From Terriglobales bacterium (GTDB lineage: Bacteria; Acidobacteriota; Terriglobia; Terriglobales; Acidobacteriaceae): a DNA stretch of 24,000 nt. The stretch spans positions 65,846 through 89,845 of the forward strand of contig DASVAJ010000053.1 of NCBI GenBank assembly GCA_036376415.1, written 5' to 3'. The notes under the pieces were generated by a model that saw only the letters and a program-made list of their open reading frames with translations, was not told the origin of the DNA and did no database searches. Shown one piece after another: positions 8,369 through 18,076 of the stretch. Position 1 is the stretch's first letter. Each line of letters begins with the position of its first letter. The position numbers and the translations under genes are program-made.

Positions 8369-9157
8369 CTACTTGATCACTCCCCGCTCCGAGGCCTCGA
8401 TAAAGCGGATCAGCAGGTCGACATCTTCGCCGCGATCGGCTTCGGATTTTAACTGCTCTAGCGCCTGAGAGGTGTTTAGCTTCGACGCCAGCAGGACCTT
8501 GTATGCGTGGTGGATTCTGCGGATGCGGTCTTTGCTGAAGCCGCGTCGCTCGAGGCCGACGGCATTCAAGCCATACGCGCGAGTTCCCCGCTCGGCAGCA
8601 GTTTTGGAAAACGGCAGAACGTCGCGGGTGACGGTGGTTCCGCCGCCTATAAAGGCGTGTGCGCCGATGCGCACGAAGTGGTGTACCGGACACAATGCGC
8701 CCACGGTTGCCCAATCCTCAACCATCACGTGTCCACCTAAGGTGGCGGCATTGGCCATGATTACGTGATCTCCGATGACGCAGTCGTGGGCGATGTGCGT
8801 ATAGGCCATGATCAGCGCGTGGCTGCCGATGCGGGTCAGGCCGCCGCCCTTCGCCGTACCGCGGTTGATGGTGACGAATTCGCGGACAACGTTGTCGTCG
8901 CCCATCTCGAGGCGAGTGGGTTCGCCCTTGTAACTCAAATCCTGCGGCGCCAGGCCAATCGAGGAAAAAGGGAAAAAGCGGTTGCGGGCGCCGATTCGGC
9001 AGGGCCCCTGCAGGGCCAGGTGAGAAATCAGTTCGCAATCTTCTCCCAACTCGACGTCCGCACCAATCGTGCAGTAGGGGCCAATTTTGCAGGAACCGGG
9101 AACCTTCGCTGCGGGGTCGATAATGGCCGTGGGATGGACGTTCATAACAAGCGACAC
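8369..9157 (-). CDS. lpxA: Acyl-ACP--UDP-N-acetylglucosamine O-acyltransferase
   Basis: It has left-handed beta-helix hexapeptide repeats (VHPTAIIDPAAKVPGSCKIGPYCTIGADVELGEDCEL...) and the LpxA C-terminal helical domain (GLNAVGLERRGFSKDRIRRIHHAYKVL). The longest ORF starts at GTG 9157. ATG 9145 (MNVHPTAII) is an equally plausible start. Confidence 0.9.
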   Translation of the reverse strand: MSLVMNVHPTAIIDPAAKVPGSCKIGPYCTIGADVELGEDCELISHLALQGPCRIGARNRFFPFSSIGLAPQDLSYKGEPTRLEMGDDNVVREFVTINRGTAKGGGLTRIGSHALIMAYTHIAHDCVIGDHVIMANAATLGGHVMVEDWATVGALCPVHHFVRIGAHAFIGGGTTVTRDVLPFSKTAAERGTRAYGLNAVGLERRGFSKDRIRRIHHAYKVLLASKLNTSQALEQLKSEADRGEDVDLLIRFIEASERGVIK

Positions 9158-9169
9158 AAAATCGTCGCT

Positions 9170-9240
9170 CTTCTTTTGCGTCCTTTGCGATTAAAAGCTT
9201 TTGACGCAAAGTTCGCTAAGGAATCGCAAAGTTCGCGAAG
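9170..9240. repeat. CGCAAAG-type composite element, one full copy plus an inverted partial copy, between fabZ and lpxA
   Basis: 9201-9240 reads TTGACGCAAAGTTCGCTAAGGAATCGCAAAGTTCGCGAAG. It aligns unit for unit with the 4850-4890 element. The reverse complement of 9173-9194 reads TTAATCGCAAAGGACGCAAAAG, a partial copy in inverted orientation. In this locus the TTAA/TTGA ends face each other. Confidence 0.7.
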
Positions 9241-9252
9241 AAATTCAAAAAG

Positions 9253-9798
9253 CTACTCCTCCGCGGCGTTGGCGCCATCTTTGGAAGCGCTCTTTCCGGC
9301 TCCCTTCGGCACCAACTGGCACGTGACGATCGCTTCCGCGACGCGCTTCGAGTCAACGAAGGCGTTGCCTTCCATGCGGACGGCGTTCCGTCCGCCTCCG
9401 GCGCCATCGCGCCAGGCTTTGACCTCGACCTCAATGCGCAGCTGATCTCCTGGAACCACCGGGCGCCGGAAGCGCGCGCGTTCAATTCCGGTAAAGACCA
9501 TCAACTTGTCGTGGCGGTCTGGAATTTCGGTCAGCAGCAGCGCGCCGCCGGCCTGGGCGATCGCCTCCACGATCAGCACCCCGGGCATGATCGGGAGGCC
9601 GGGAAAATGCCCGGCAAAAAATGGCTCGTTCACGGTGACATTCTTAATGGCGACAATGCGCTGCTTACGGACGAGGTCGACCACGCGGTCGATCAGCAAG
9701 AACGGATAACGGTGCGGCAGGATTCGCAGGATGTCCTGGATATCGAGATGTATATGCTCGGCCGGCGTCTCAGTCACAGTTTGGGTGGTGTCGCTCAT
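9253..9798 (-). CDS. fabZ: 3-hydroxyacyl-ACP dehydratase FabZ
   Basis: ILPHRYPFLLIDRVVDL...IVAIKNVTVNEPFFAGHFPGLPIMPGVLIVEAIAQAGG is the FabZ hot-dog signature. There is a short Lys/Ala-rich C-terminal tail. Confidence 0.92.
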   Translation of the reverse strand: MSDTTQTVTETPAEHIHLDIQDILRILPHRYPFLLIDRVVDLVRKQRIVAIKNVTVNEPFFAGHFPGLPIMPGVLIVEAIAQAGGALLLTEIPDRHDKLMVFTGIERARFRRPVVPGDQLRIEVEVKAWRDGAGGGRNAVRMEGNAFVDSKRVAEAIVTCQLVPKGAGKSASKDGANAAEE

Positions 9799-9875
9799 GC
9801 GTGTTGGCTGGAGCGACGATTATACTTTATCGAACCTGCGGGACCGCAAAACCGGGTCGCCCGGGCCTCTTCTCC

Positions 9876-11033
9876 ATGAGCACGCCAACTCCGGCTGAAC
9901 AACTGAGCTATTTTCGCAAGCAGCAGCGTGAGATTCTCGACACCATTCAGCAGTTAGTCGAAATCGAATCGCCGAGTGACGTAAAGGCGGCGGTGGACCG
10001 GCTGGGAACAGTGATCGCGTCGCGCTTTGGGGAACTGGGCGCGAAAGTGCGCGTGCACCGGGCGGAGAAATCCGGCGACCACTTGCAGATTTCGTTCCCG
10101 TCGCCGCGTGCGCGCGCGACGCCAGTGCTTCTGCTGGGGCACATGGACACGGTGTACTCGATCGGCACCATCTCTAAAATGCCGTTTCGGGTGGCGAAAG
10201 GGCGGGTTTTCGGCCCAGGCGTCGCGGACATGAAAGCCGGTATTGCACTGGCGTTCCATGTGGCCGAAGCTCTGCTGCAATGGGGCAATGGCAAGCTATC
10301 GCGGCCGGTTACTCTGCTGCTTGTGTCGGATGAAGAAGTTGGCAGCGCCTCGTCGCGCAAGGTTACGGAACAACTGGCAGGCGGGTGCGCCGGCGTCCTG
10401 GTGCTCGAACCGGCCGCCGGCCGCGACGGCGCGGTCAAGACGGCACGCAAAGGGGTTGGCGGCTACGAACTGCGGGTGGAGGGCCGGGCGGCGCACGCGG
10501 GACTGGATTTCGAAAGAGGTCAGAATGCGGTGGTCGAATTAGCGCGCCTGATTTGCGCGATTTCTGAGTTGGTTGACGTGCAACGCGGCATCACTATCAA
10601 CGTGGGGAAGGTGAGCGGAGGCACTCGCGTCAACGTTGTTCCGGCGGAAGCCAGCGCTGCATTCGATGTTCGGGTGCGCACGCAGCAGGATGCCATCGAG
10701 TTGCACCGGAAGCTCACGTCCTTGAAGCCCTTCAATGCCAACTGCAAGCTGACAATTACCGGGTCTGTAAACCGGCCGCCCATGGAGCGCAAAGATGGAG
10801 TGATTGCGCTGTATGAAAAAGCCCGGGCAATCGCGCGGGAACTGGGCTGGGATTTGGAGGAAGCTGCGGTTGGAGGCGGCTCGGACGGAAACTTCACCGC
10901 GGCGCTTGGCATTCCGACACTGGATGGCCTGGGCGCGGTCGGGGGTGGCGCCCACTCTCCCGATGAATTCATAGAAGTTTCGGAACTGCCGCGCCGGGCC
11001 GCGCTGCTGGCCGGCCTCATCGAGCGCCTGTGA
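9876..11033 (+). CDS. M20-family metallopeptidase (carboxypeptidase G2-like)
   Basis: The product starts MSTPTPAEQL. Metal-ligand blocks are present: LLLGHMDTVY, GPGVADMKAGIA, LLLVSDEEVGS and GGGSDGNF...GGGAHSPDEFIEV. The 25 codons upstream in the track ORF are unlikely to be translated, because they would leave almost no promoter space for the divergent fabZ. Confidence 0.8.
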   Translation: MSTPTPAEQLSYFRKQQREILDTIQQLVEIESPSDVKAAVDRLGTVIASRFGELGAKVRVHRAEKSGDHLQISFPSPRARATPVLLLGHMDTVYSIGTISKMPFRVAKGRVFGPGVADMKAGIALAFHVAEALLQWGNGKLSRPVTLLLVSDEEVGSASSRKVTEQLAGGCAGVLVLEPAAGRDGAVKTARKGVGGYELRVEGRAAHAGLDFERGQNAVVELARLICAISELVDVQRGITINVGKVSGGTRVNVVPAEASAAFDVRVRTQQDAIELHRKLTSLKPFNANCKLTITGSVNRPPMERKDGVIALYEKARAIARELGWDLEEAAVGGGSDGNFTAALGIPTLDGLGAVGGGAHSPDEFIEVSELPRRAALLAGLIERL

Positions 11034-11090
11034 CCAGAGGTCCTCTTCGCGGTATTACACTGATATCGCAGCCGGCAATCGGAGCTCATC

Positions 11091-12305
11091 ATGACTACCG
11101 CGACCCGCGTCGATCCTCTTTCCTATCTCACCGACCAACTGAATGACCTGAAGGCCAAGGGCACGCATTTTCGACTGCGAGTTCTCGATGACGAGCAGGC
11201 GCCCGTCTGCACGTTTGACGGAAAGAGAGTGATCAATCTTGCCTCGAACAACTATCTCGGACTGACCACGCACCCCAGGCTGCGCGAGGCGGCGCTCGAA
11301 GCCACCCGCAAATACGGCGTCGGCTCCGGCGCGGTGCGCACCATCGCGGGCACCATGAAGATTCACATGGAATTGGAAGAGAAGATTGCGCGCTTCAAGA
11401 ACGTGGAAGCATGTGTCGTGTTTCAGTCGGGCTTCACTGCCAATGCGGGAACGGTCTCGGCGATTCTCGGCAAAGAGGACTTCATCATCTCCGACCAGCT
11501 GAATCATGCGTCGATCATCGATGGAGCGCGGCTGTCCCGGGCCAAGATTCTGGTATTCGAGCACAAGAACATGGCCGATGCGGAAGCCAAGCTGGCGAGC
11601 GTGAAGGATCAGCCGGGGCGCAAATTGCTCATCAGCGATGGGGTATTTTCCATGGACGGGGACATCGGTCCGCTACCCGCGTTATGCGACCTGGCGGAAA
11701 AGTATGGCGCCATCATGATGGTCGATGATGCGCATGCCTCGGGCGTCCTGGGGCGCAATGGCCGCGGGACAATCGATCACTTCGGCGTGCATGGACGGGT
11801 CGATGTTCAGGTCGGCACGCTGTCGAAGGCCATCGGCGCGCTCGGCGGCTACGTCTGCGGATCGCGGGATCTGATTGACTTCCTTTATCACCGGGCGCGG
11901 CCGTTCCTGTTTTCGACTTCACATCCCCCGTCCGTCGCAGCTACCTGCATCGCGGCCTTCGAGGTTCTAGAGCAGGAGCCGGAGCGAATTGAAAAGCTGT
12001 GGGAAAACACCCGCTTCTGGAAGAAGGAATTGGGACTGCTGGGCTTCGACATCGGAGGAAAGACGACGCCCCCAAGTGAAACCCCGATCACGCCGATCAT
12101 CATCGGCGACGGAAAGCTCACGATGGAATTTTCCCGCGAGTTATTCAAGGAAGGCGTGCTGGGCACAGGCATAACATATCCCACGGTGCCGGAAGGCAAA
12201 GCGCGCGTGCGGACGATCATGACGGCTACGCACACGCGGGAGGAGTTAGATCAGGCCCTCGCAGTGCTCAAGAAGGCAGGTAAAGGCATGGGTATTCTGG
12301 CATAG
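11091..12305 (+). CDS. kbl: Glycine C-acetyltransferase (2-amino-3-ketobutyrate CoA ligase), alpha-oxoamine synthase family
   Basis: It matches E. coli Kbl (from memory) along its length: NNYLGL, VRTIAGTMKIHMELEEKIA, ISDQLNHASIIDG, SDGVFSMDGD, MVDDAHASG, and the PLP-lysine block GTLSKAIG. GGAG lies 7 nt before the ATG. A BioF-like assignment cannot be fully excluded without a search. Confidence 0.8.
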   Translation: MTTATRVDPLSYLTDQLNDLKAKGTHFRLRVLDDEQAPVCTFDGKRVINLASNNYLGLTTHPRLREAALEATRKYGVGSGAVRTIAGTMKIHMELEEKIARFKNVEACVVFQSGFTANAGTVSAILGKEDFIISDQLNHASIIDGARLSRAKILVFEHKNMADAEAKLASVKDQPGRKLLISDGVFSMDGDIGPLPALCDLAEKYGAIMMVDDAHASGVLGRNGRGTIDHFGVHGRVDVQVGTLSKAIGALGGYVCGSRDLIDFLYHRARPFLFSTSHPPSVAATCIAAFEVLEQEPERIEKLWENTRFWKKELGLLGFDIGGKTTPPSETPITPIIIGDGKLTMEFSRELFKEGVLGTGITYPTVPEGKARVRTIMTATHTREELDQALAVLKKAGKGMGILA

Positions 12306-12328
12306 TCTCACCTGGCGTGAGGTGACAG

Positions 12329-13459
12329 ATGACAATAAATCGAAGGTGTGTCGTCATCCTGCAGCTAGCGTTGCTGGCCTTGTCCATTGCCCCATTCGCC
12401 GCGGCGCAGAAGAAATATTTCGGCAACTGGCCCGAGGGCTATTCGCCTGAAGAAGTCGGCAAGCGGGTAGCTGAACATTTTGTAACCAGCCCACACCAGG
12501 AACCGAACAATATCACGTATCCCGAGGTATGCACCTGGTACGGCGCTCTGACCTTCGCTCACCTGTCCGGCGACAAGCAGCTCACCGAGAAGCTCATCAA
12601 GCGATTTGAGCCGCTGTTGTCGGCTCCCGGATCGCAGCTCATCAGTCACGAACGGCACGTGGATTTCTCCATGTTCGGATCGCTCCCGCTGGAGATTTAC
12701 ATCGAAACCAGGGATCCCAGGTACCTGGAACTGGGCAAGTCTTTCGCCGACCGGCAATGGGAAAGCCTGCCGCCCGGCACGACGGTTCGAGACGGGCTCA
12801 GTCCCGCGAACATACCGCAGGGCCTCACGCCGGAAACCCGGTTTTGGATCGATGACATGTACATGATCACGATCCTGCAGGTGCAGGCGTATCGTGCGAC
12901 CAGCAATACACAGTACCTGGATCGCGCGGCGGCGGAAATGGCCGCCTACCTCGACAAGCTGCAACAACCGAACGGCCTCTTTTACCACGCGCCCGACGTG
13001 CCGTTTTTCTGGGGGCGCGGCGACGGCTGGGTGGCGGCGGGCATGACGGAATTACTGCGCTCGCTTCCGCAGAGTCATCCCATGCGCGCGCGCCTGCTCG
13101 CGGCGTATCAAAAGATGATGAAGGCGCTGCTCACCTACCAGGCAGCCGATGGCATGTGGCGGCAGTTGATCGATCATCCGGAAGCCTGGCCGGAAACTTC
13201 CTCGACCGGCATGTTCACCTTCGCGATGATCACGGGAGTGAAGAATGGCTGGCTCGACGAAACGACCTATGGACCAGCGGCGCGCAAGGCGTGGATGGCA
13301 TTGGCCGGCTATGTCGACCAGAACGCCAATGTAACCAATATCTGCGTGGGAACCGGCAAGAAGAATGACCTGGAGTACTACCTGATGCGTCCGCGTCACA
13401 CCGGCGACATGCACGGGCAAGCACCGGTTCTATGGGCTGCCTCGGCGCTCCTGCGATAG
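12329..13459 (+). CDS. Secreted glycoside hydrolase, GH105/GH88 (unsaturated rhamnogalacturonyl/glucuronyl hydrolase-like)
   Basis: It has a signal peptide (VVILQLALLALSIAPFAAAQ) and an (alpha/alpha)6-type core with WIDDMYMITILQ, FWGRGDGWVAAGMTELL, ADGMWRQLID and ETSSTGMFTFAM. These resemble YteR/UGL-type enzymes. Confidence 0.75.
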   Translation: MTINRRCVVILQLALLALSIAPFAAAQKKYFGNWPEGYSPEEVGKRVAEHFVTSPHQEPNNITYPEVCTWYGALTFAHLSGDKQLTEKLIKRFEPLLSAPGSQLISHERHVDFSMFGSLPLEIYIETRDPRYLELGKSFADRQWESLPPGTTVRDGLSPANIPQGLTPETRFWIDDMYMITILQVQAYRATSNTQYLDRAAAEMAAYLDKLQQPNGLFYHAPDVPFFWGRGDGWVAAGMTELLRSLPQSHPMRARLLAAYQKMMKALLTYQAADGMWRQLIDHPEAWPETSSTGMFTFAMITGVKNGWLDETTYGPAARKAWMALAGYVDQNANVTNICVGTGKKNDLEYYLMRPRHTGDMHGQAPVLWAASALLR

Positions 13460-13686
13460 TTTCATCGGTGACTCGCCGTGAGTCGGTTCCCGCCAATACC
13501 GCCCGAGATAACTCCTGTTTCCAGATCACTGGATGCAGTATCATGGCTCGCTGCGCCGGAATTCTAACTGCGTAGTGGATGTCAGAGGCGGCTCGAACTG
13601 GTCTTGGCGACCCCTCAGCTCCATCCAGGAGATGCTTTGGCCGCGCTATCGATGATCCGGTACAGAATGCAAGGCAGGAGCATTCG

Positions 13687-14793
13687 GTGCGACTAACCAC
13701 CGCGCGCAAGCGCAGGTACTGGGATGCCGTGCTCGTGTGCCTTTTGACTGCCATGCTCTCCGCGTGCAATCACCAAAGCGGCGCCGACCCCAAGGCGCAA
13801 GGCCCCATGGCCATTCCGGTAAAGGTTCAGGTCGCGCAAAACGTGCCCGTAAGCGACTCCAGCGAATATGTGGCCAGCCTGAAATCGCGTGACTCGGCCG
13901 TCATCATGCCCCAGGTGGAAGGATGGATCACGGAGATTTACGTGCATTCGGGCGAGGCGGTGGGGGAGGGCGCACGCCTGATGCAGATTGATCCGGCCAA
14001 GCAGCAGGCCACGGTGCGCAGCCAGCAGAGCGCCCGCGCCGCCCAGGAAGCCAGCGTGACTTATGCGCGGGAACAATATCAGCGGACCAACGGTCTGTAC
14101 CGGGCGGGTGTAGTCAGCAAGCAGGACCTGGATCAGGCCAAGTCGGCGCTGGATGCTTCCGAAGCGCAGTTACAGGCACTGGACGCACAATTGCGGGAGC
14201 AGCAGGTGCAACTGCATTACTACACGGTCAATGCGACTCGGGGCGGCATTGTCGGAGATGTCCCGGTACGCGTGGGAGACCGCGTTACCACGACCACGAC
14301 CCTGACCACGATCGACGAACCGGGAAGCCTGGAAGCCTATATCTATGTTCCCATCGAGCGCTCCGGGCAACTCAAGAAGAGCATGCTGGCGCAAATCGTG
14401 GATGGCGAAGGCCAGGTGATCGCCGACAGTCGCGTGACGTTTATCTCGCCGCGGGTCGACGACACCACCCAGACCGTGCTGGTGAAGGCGGCCATCGCCA
14501 ACCGGAATGACCGGTTGCGCAACGCGCAATTTATTCGCGCGCGTATTATCTGGGGAACGCGTCCCATGCCGGTCGCCCCGGTGTTGGCAGTGTCGCGTCT
14601 GGGCGGGCAATATTTCGCGTTCATCGCGGAGCCTGCCGGCAATGGCTATGTGGCGCGCCAGAAACCGCTACGGATCGGGCAGATGGTGGGCAACGACTAT
14701 GCCGTGCTGGATGGCATTAAGCCCGGCGACCGCATTATCGTCTCGGGAACGCAGTTTCTGGTGGACGGAATGCCGGTGATACCTCAAGGTTGA
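13687..14793 (+). CDS. RND efflux periplasmic adaptor (membrane fusion protein), lipoprotein
   Basis: The in-frame GTG at 13687 is preceded by AGGAG, 6 nt upstream. It gives VRLTTARKRRYWDAVLVCLLTAMLSAC with an L-S-A-C lipobox. This is followed by a lipoyl/hairpin/beta-barrel pattern (GWITEIYVHSGEAVGEGARLMQID, a coiled-coil QAKSALDASEAQLQALDAQL, YYTVNATRGGIVG). Confidence 0.85.
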   Translation: MRLTTARKRRYWDAVLVCLLTAMLSACNHQSGADPKAQGPMAIPVKVQVAQNVPVSDSSEYVASLKSRDSAVIMPQVEGWITEIYVHSGEAVGEGARLMQIDPAKQQATVRSQQSARAAQEASVTYAREQYQRTNGLYRAGVVSKQDLDQAKSALDASEAQLQALDAQLREQQVQLHYYTVNATRGGIVGDVPVRVGDRVTTTTTLTTIDEPGSLEAYIYVPIERSGQLKKSMLAQIVDGEGQVIADSRVTFISPRVDDTTQTVLVKAAIANRNDRLRNAQFIRARIIWGTRPMPVAPVLAVSRLGGQYFAFIAEPAGNGYVARQKPLRIGQMVGNDYAVLDGIKPGDRIIVSGTQFLVDGMPVIPQG

Positions 14794-14856
14794 TAGTGCC
14801 GGGCACGAGGGGCAAATCCGTCTTCAGAGCCGAACGAGTACGCACCATTTTTCTTC

Positions 14857-17800
14857 ATGTTCGTTGATTTCTTCATAAGGCGTCCCGTCTTTGCCACCGT
14901 CTGCGCATTGATGATTATTCTCGCGGGCGCGGTGGTGATTCCCAGTCTCCCGATCGCGCAATTCCCTAACCTGGCTCCTCCCCAGGTGAGTGTCGTGAGC
15001 GCCTACATCGGGGCCAGCGCGCAGACGGTTGAAACCGCGGTCACGCAACCTCTCGAACAACAGATCAACGGCGCCGAGGGGATGAAGTACATCGCTTCGA
15101 GCAGCACCAACCAGGGCCTCAGCATGATCACGGTGACCTTTGATCTGAACCGCGATCCTGACTTAGCGTCCGTTGACATTCAGAATCGCGTGAATACCGC
15201 CATGGGGCGGCTGCCCAATGCCGTCAAAGCAACGGGTGTAACCGTCGCCAAATCTTCGCAGAACTTTGTTTTCGGCGCGGCCGTATATTCCCCCGACGGC
15301 CGCTACGACCCGCTCTTTATCGACAATTATCTTGATGTCTATGTTCGCGACTCACTCAAGCGGGTGCCCGGAGTTGCCGATGTGCAGAGCTTCGGCGGTG
15401 GGCGATATGCCATGCGGCTTTGGCTGGATCCCGTGCGCATGGCAAGCCGCGGGTTGAGCGCCGACGATGCCGTCAATGCCTTGGCGGAGCAGAATGTCGA
15501 GATCGCCGCCGGGCAAGTGGGCCAGCCGCCCATCAAGTCCGGGCAGGCGTTTCAGATCAGCGTGCGCGCCGTGGGCCGTCTGACCGAACCGGCGCAATTC
15601 GACAACATCATTCTGAAATCCAACGCCGATGGAACTCTGGTGCGATTGCGCGACGTTGGCCACGCCGAACTGGGCGCTGAGGACTACAGCTCGCAACTGC
15701 AGTTCAATGGTCATCCGGCTGTCGGTATTTTCCTGACGCAGCTTTCCACGGCCAACGCACTCGATGTAGACCGGAGAGCCATTGCGGAACTGGAGCGTCT
15801 GTCGAAGCGTTTTCCCCCCGGGCTGAAGTTTCAATTGGCTTTCGATACCACCGATGCGGTCAGTGAGTCGATCCGCGACGTGCTGGGCACGTTGCTGCAA
15901 GCGATTGGGCTCGTCATTCTCGTCATCTTCTTATTTCTCGAGGATTGGCGCAGCACCATTATCCCGTCGGTAACCATTCCGGTTTCGCTGATTGGGACGT
16001 TTGCGTTCGTAAAGTTGCTCGGATTTTCCATTAACACCCTGACCTTGTTTGGCATCACGCTGGCCACAGGCCTGGTGGTGGATGACGCCATCGTGGTTAT
16101 TGAAAACATCGAGCGCCACATTCAGGAAGGAGAACGCGAGGCCCGGAAGGCGGCATCCGCAGCGATGAAGGAAGTGACCGGCGCGGTGATTGCGACCTCC
16201 CTCGTCCTGGTCGCGGTCTTTGTCCCGGTTGCTTTCTTTCCCGGAACCACGGGCATCCTTTTCCGCCAGTTTGCGCTGACGATTGCATTCTCCATTTCTA
16301 TTTCCGCATTCAATGCGCTGACGCTGACGCCGGCGCTTTCCGCGCTGTTGCTCGGCCGGGAGCATGGGGAGAAAGGGTTTTTCTTCCGGGGCGTAGACCG
16401 GTTACTTGCCGGCATCATCAACGGTTATCGCGCTACTCTCCGCAAGGTGCTCGACTTTCCAGTGGTGGCAACCGTGCTGTTCCTGGCCGGCCTGGGCTTG
16501 ACCTACGTGGTTTTTGAGCGCGTGCCCAAAGGATTTGTCCCCACGGAAGACCAGGGATACATCATGACGGTTGTGCAGGCGCCGGCCGGGGCTTCGTTGC
16601 AGTACACGCGCAGCATTTGCGAGCAGGTGAGCGCCATCATGAGCCGGGTGCCCGAGATCGAAAATGTCTTTGCCGTCGAAGGCTTCAGTTTTTCGGGTAG
16701 CGCTTCCAACCAGGGACTGGTATTTGCAGGTCTCAAGCCGTATTCGCAGCGCAAAGGTCCGGAGCATTCCGCCGACACCATCGTGAACCGGTTACGTGGA
16801 CCTCTTTTCATGGTCAACGGCGCTCTGGTGTTTCCACTCTCTCCGCCCGCGGTACAGGGATTAGGCGAGTTCGGCGGGTTCCAGTTCGAGGTGCAGGACC
16901 AGGGAGCGCACACGCTCGAAGAACTGGCGGGGGCCACCAATGACATGGTTCGGCAGGGCAACTCGCGAAAGGATCTGGCCGGGTTGTTCACTCCCTATAC
17001 CGCCAATGATCCGCAGTTCCTGCTCACCATTGACCGCGAAAAAGCCAAGAGCCTGCACGTGCCGCTGCAACAGATCACCGACACCCTGGGCGTGTACATG
17101 GGATCCGCGTATGTGAACGATTTCGATTTCAACAACCGTTCGTATCGTGTCTACATCCAGGCGGACCGGCAATTTCGCGCGCGCGCGCAGGACCTGAAGC
17201 AGTTCTATGTGCGCTCTGACAGCGGCGGAATGGTGCCCTTGGAGAACCTGATTACCGTCGCGCAGACCACCAATCCCCAGGTGATCACGCACTACAACTT
17301 GTTCCGGTCAGCGGAGATCGACGGCTCGGCAGCCCCGGGCGTCAGTTCGGGGCAGGCCCTTGCAGCCATGGAGGACATCAGCAGGAAAGCTTTGCCCCAG
17401 GGATATGGCTACGAGTGGACGGGGGCTTCTTTGGAAGAGTTGGCATCGGGCAGCACGGCGCTGATGCTTTTTGGCTTGGGCACTCTGGTCGTCTATCTCA
17501 CCCTGTCGGCGCAGTACGAGAGCTTCGTGCTCCCGTTTATTGTGTTGCTCGCCGTGCCCATGTCCTTGCTGGGAGCGCTTTCCGCGCAATGGCTGCGCGG
17601 GTTGCAGAATGATGTCTATTGCCAGATCGGCTTAGTGATGCTGATTGGGTTGTCGAGCAAGAACGCGATTCTGATCGTGGAATTCGCCGAGCAGTTGCGC
17701 GGCCGGGGACTCTCGATCCGCGAGGCCGCCATCGAAGCGGCTCGTATTCGCTTGCGCCCGATTCTGATGACTTCCTTTGCGTTCATTCTTGGCGTGGTGC

Positions 17801-17970
17801 CTCTGGTGCTGGCTCGGGGCGCCGGCGAGGCCGGCCGCCATTCCGTCGGCACCACGGTTTTCGGCGGCATGATTATGTCGACCTTCCTGAACCTGTTCTT
17901 TATTCCCGTCCTGTACCTCATCATCGAGGAGTTCCGCGAGCGCCGCGGGGCGAAGCTGCGAAACCCCTGA
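14857..17970 (+). CDS. RND multidrug efflux transporter, HAE1/AcrB family
   Basis: 1037 aa, beginning MFVDFFIRRPVFATV. The 12-TM AcrB layout is present, with VVDDAIVVIENIERH and a duplicated porter/transmembrane half. It lies 63 nt downstream of the adaptor gene. Confidence 0.92.
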   Translation: MFVDFFIRRPVFATVCALMIILAGAVVIPSLPIAQFPNLAPPQVSVVSAYIGASAQTVETAVTQPLEQQINGAEGMKYIASSSTNQGLSMITVTFDLNRDPDLASVDIQNRVNTAMGRLPNAVKATGVTVAKSSQNFVFGAAVYSPDGRYDPLFIDNYLDVYVRDSLKRVPGVADVQSFGGGRYAMRLWLDPVRMASRGLSADDAVNALAEQNVEIAAGQVGQPPIKSGQAFQISVRAVGRLTEPAQFDNIILKSNADGTLVRLRDVGHAELGAEDYSSQLQFNGHPAVGIFLTQLSTANALDVDRRAIAELERLSKRFPPGLKFQLAFDTTDAVSESIRDVLGTLLQAIGLVILVIFLFLEDWRSTIIPSVTIPVSLIGTFAFVKLLGFSINTLTLFGITLATGLVVDDAIVVIENIERHIQEGEREARKAASAAMKEVTGAVIATSLVLVAVFVPVAFFPGTTGILFRQFALTIAFSISISAFNALTLTPALSALLLGREHGEKGFFFRGVDRLLAGIINGYRATLRKVLDFPVVATVLFLAGLGLTYVVFERVPKGFVPTEDQGYIMTVVQAPAGASLQYTRSICEQVSAIMSRVPEIENVFAVEGFSFSGSASNQGLVFAGLKPYSQRKGPEHSADTIVNRLRGPLFMVNGALVFPLSPPAVQGLGEFGGFQFEVQDQGAHTLEELAGATNDMVRQGNSRKDLAGLFTPYTANDPQFLLTIDREKAKSLHVPLQQITDTLGVYMGSAYVNDFDFNNRSYRVYIQADRQFRARAQDLKQFYVRSDSGGMVPLENLITVAQTTNPQVITHYNLFRSAEIDGSAAPGVSSGQALAAMEDISRKALPQGYGYEWTGASLEELASGSTALMLFGLGTLVVYLTLSAQYESFVLPFIVLLAVPMSLLGALSAQWLRGLQNDVYCQIGLVMLIGLSSKNAILIVEFAEQLRGRGLSIREAAIEAARIRLRPILMTSFAFILGVVPLVLARGAGEAGRHSVGTTVFGGMIMSTFLNLFFIPVLYLIIEEFRERRGAKLRNP

Positions 17971-18076
17971 CAGAACACAGCCCTGCGGACACTGATGGTG
18001 GCGTGCAAGGAGAGGGCGAGCGCGGAGAATTACCTGCCCTCGTCAGTGTCGCGTTGTGAAGACCGGCCGCGGTTGG

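Noticed and set aside
13579-13686. 36-codon N-terminal extension of the RND adaptor ORF
   Set aside because: The internal GTG at 13687 has an AGGAG SD and gives a proper lipoprotein signal with a lipobox. The extension has neither.
17988-18050. Inverted repeat GACACTGA ... TCAGTGTC with inner GAGGGC/GCCCTC, between the convergent RND and permease genes, considered as a bidirectional terminator
   Set aside because: The outer 8-bp stem encloses a 47-nt interior that is only partly paired, and there is no U-tract on either strand. That is too weak to call as a feature.
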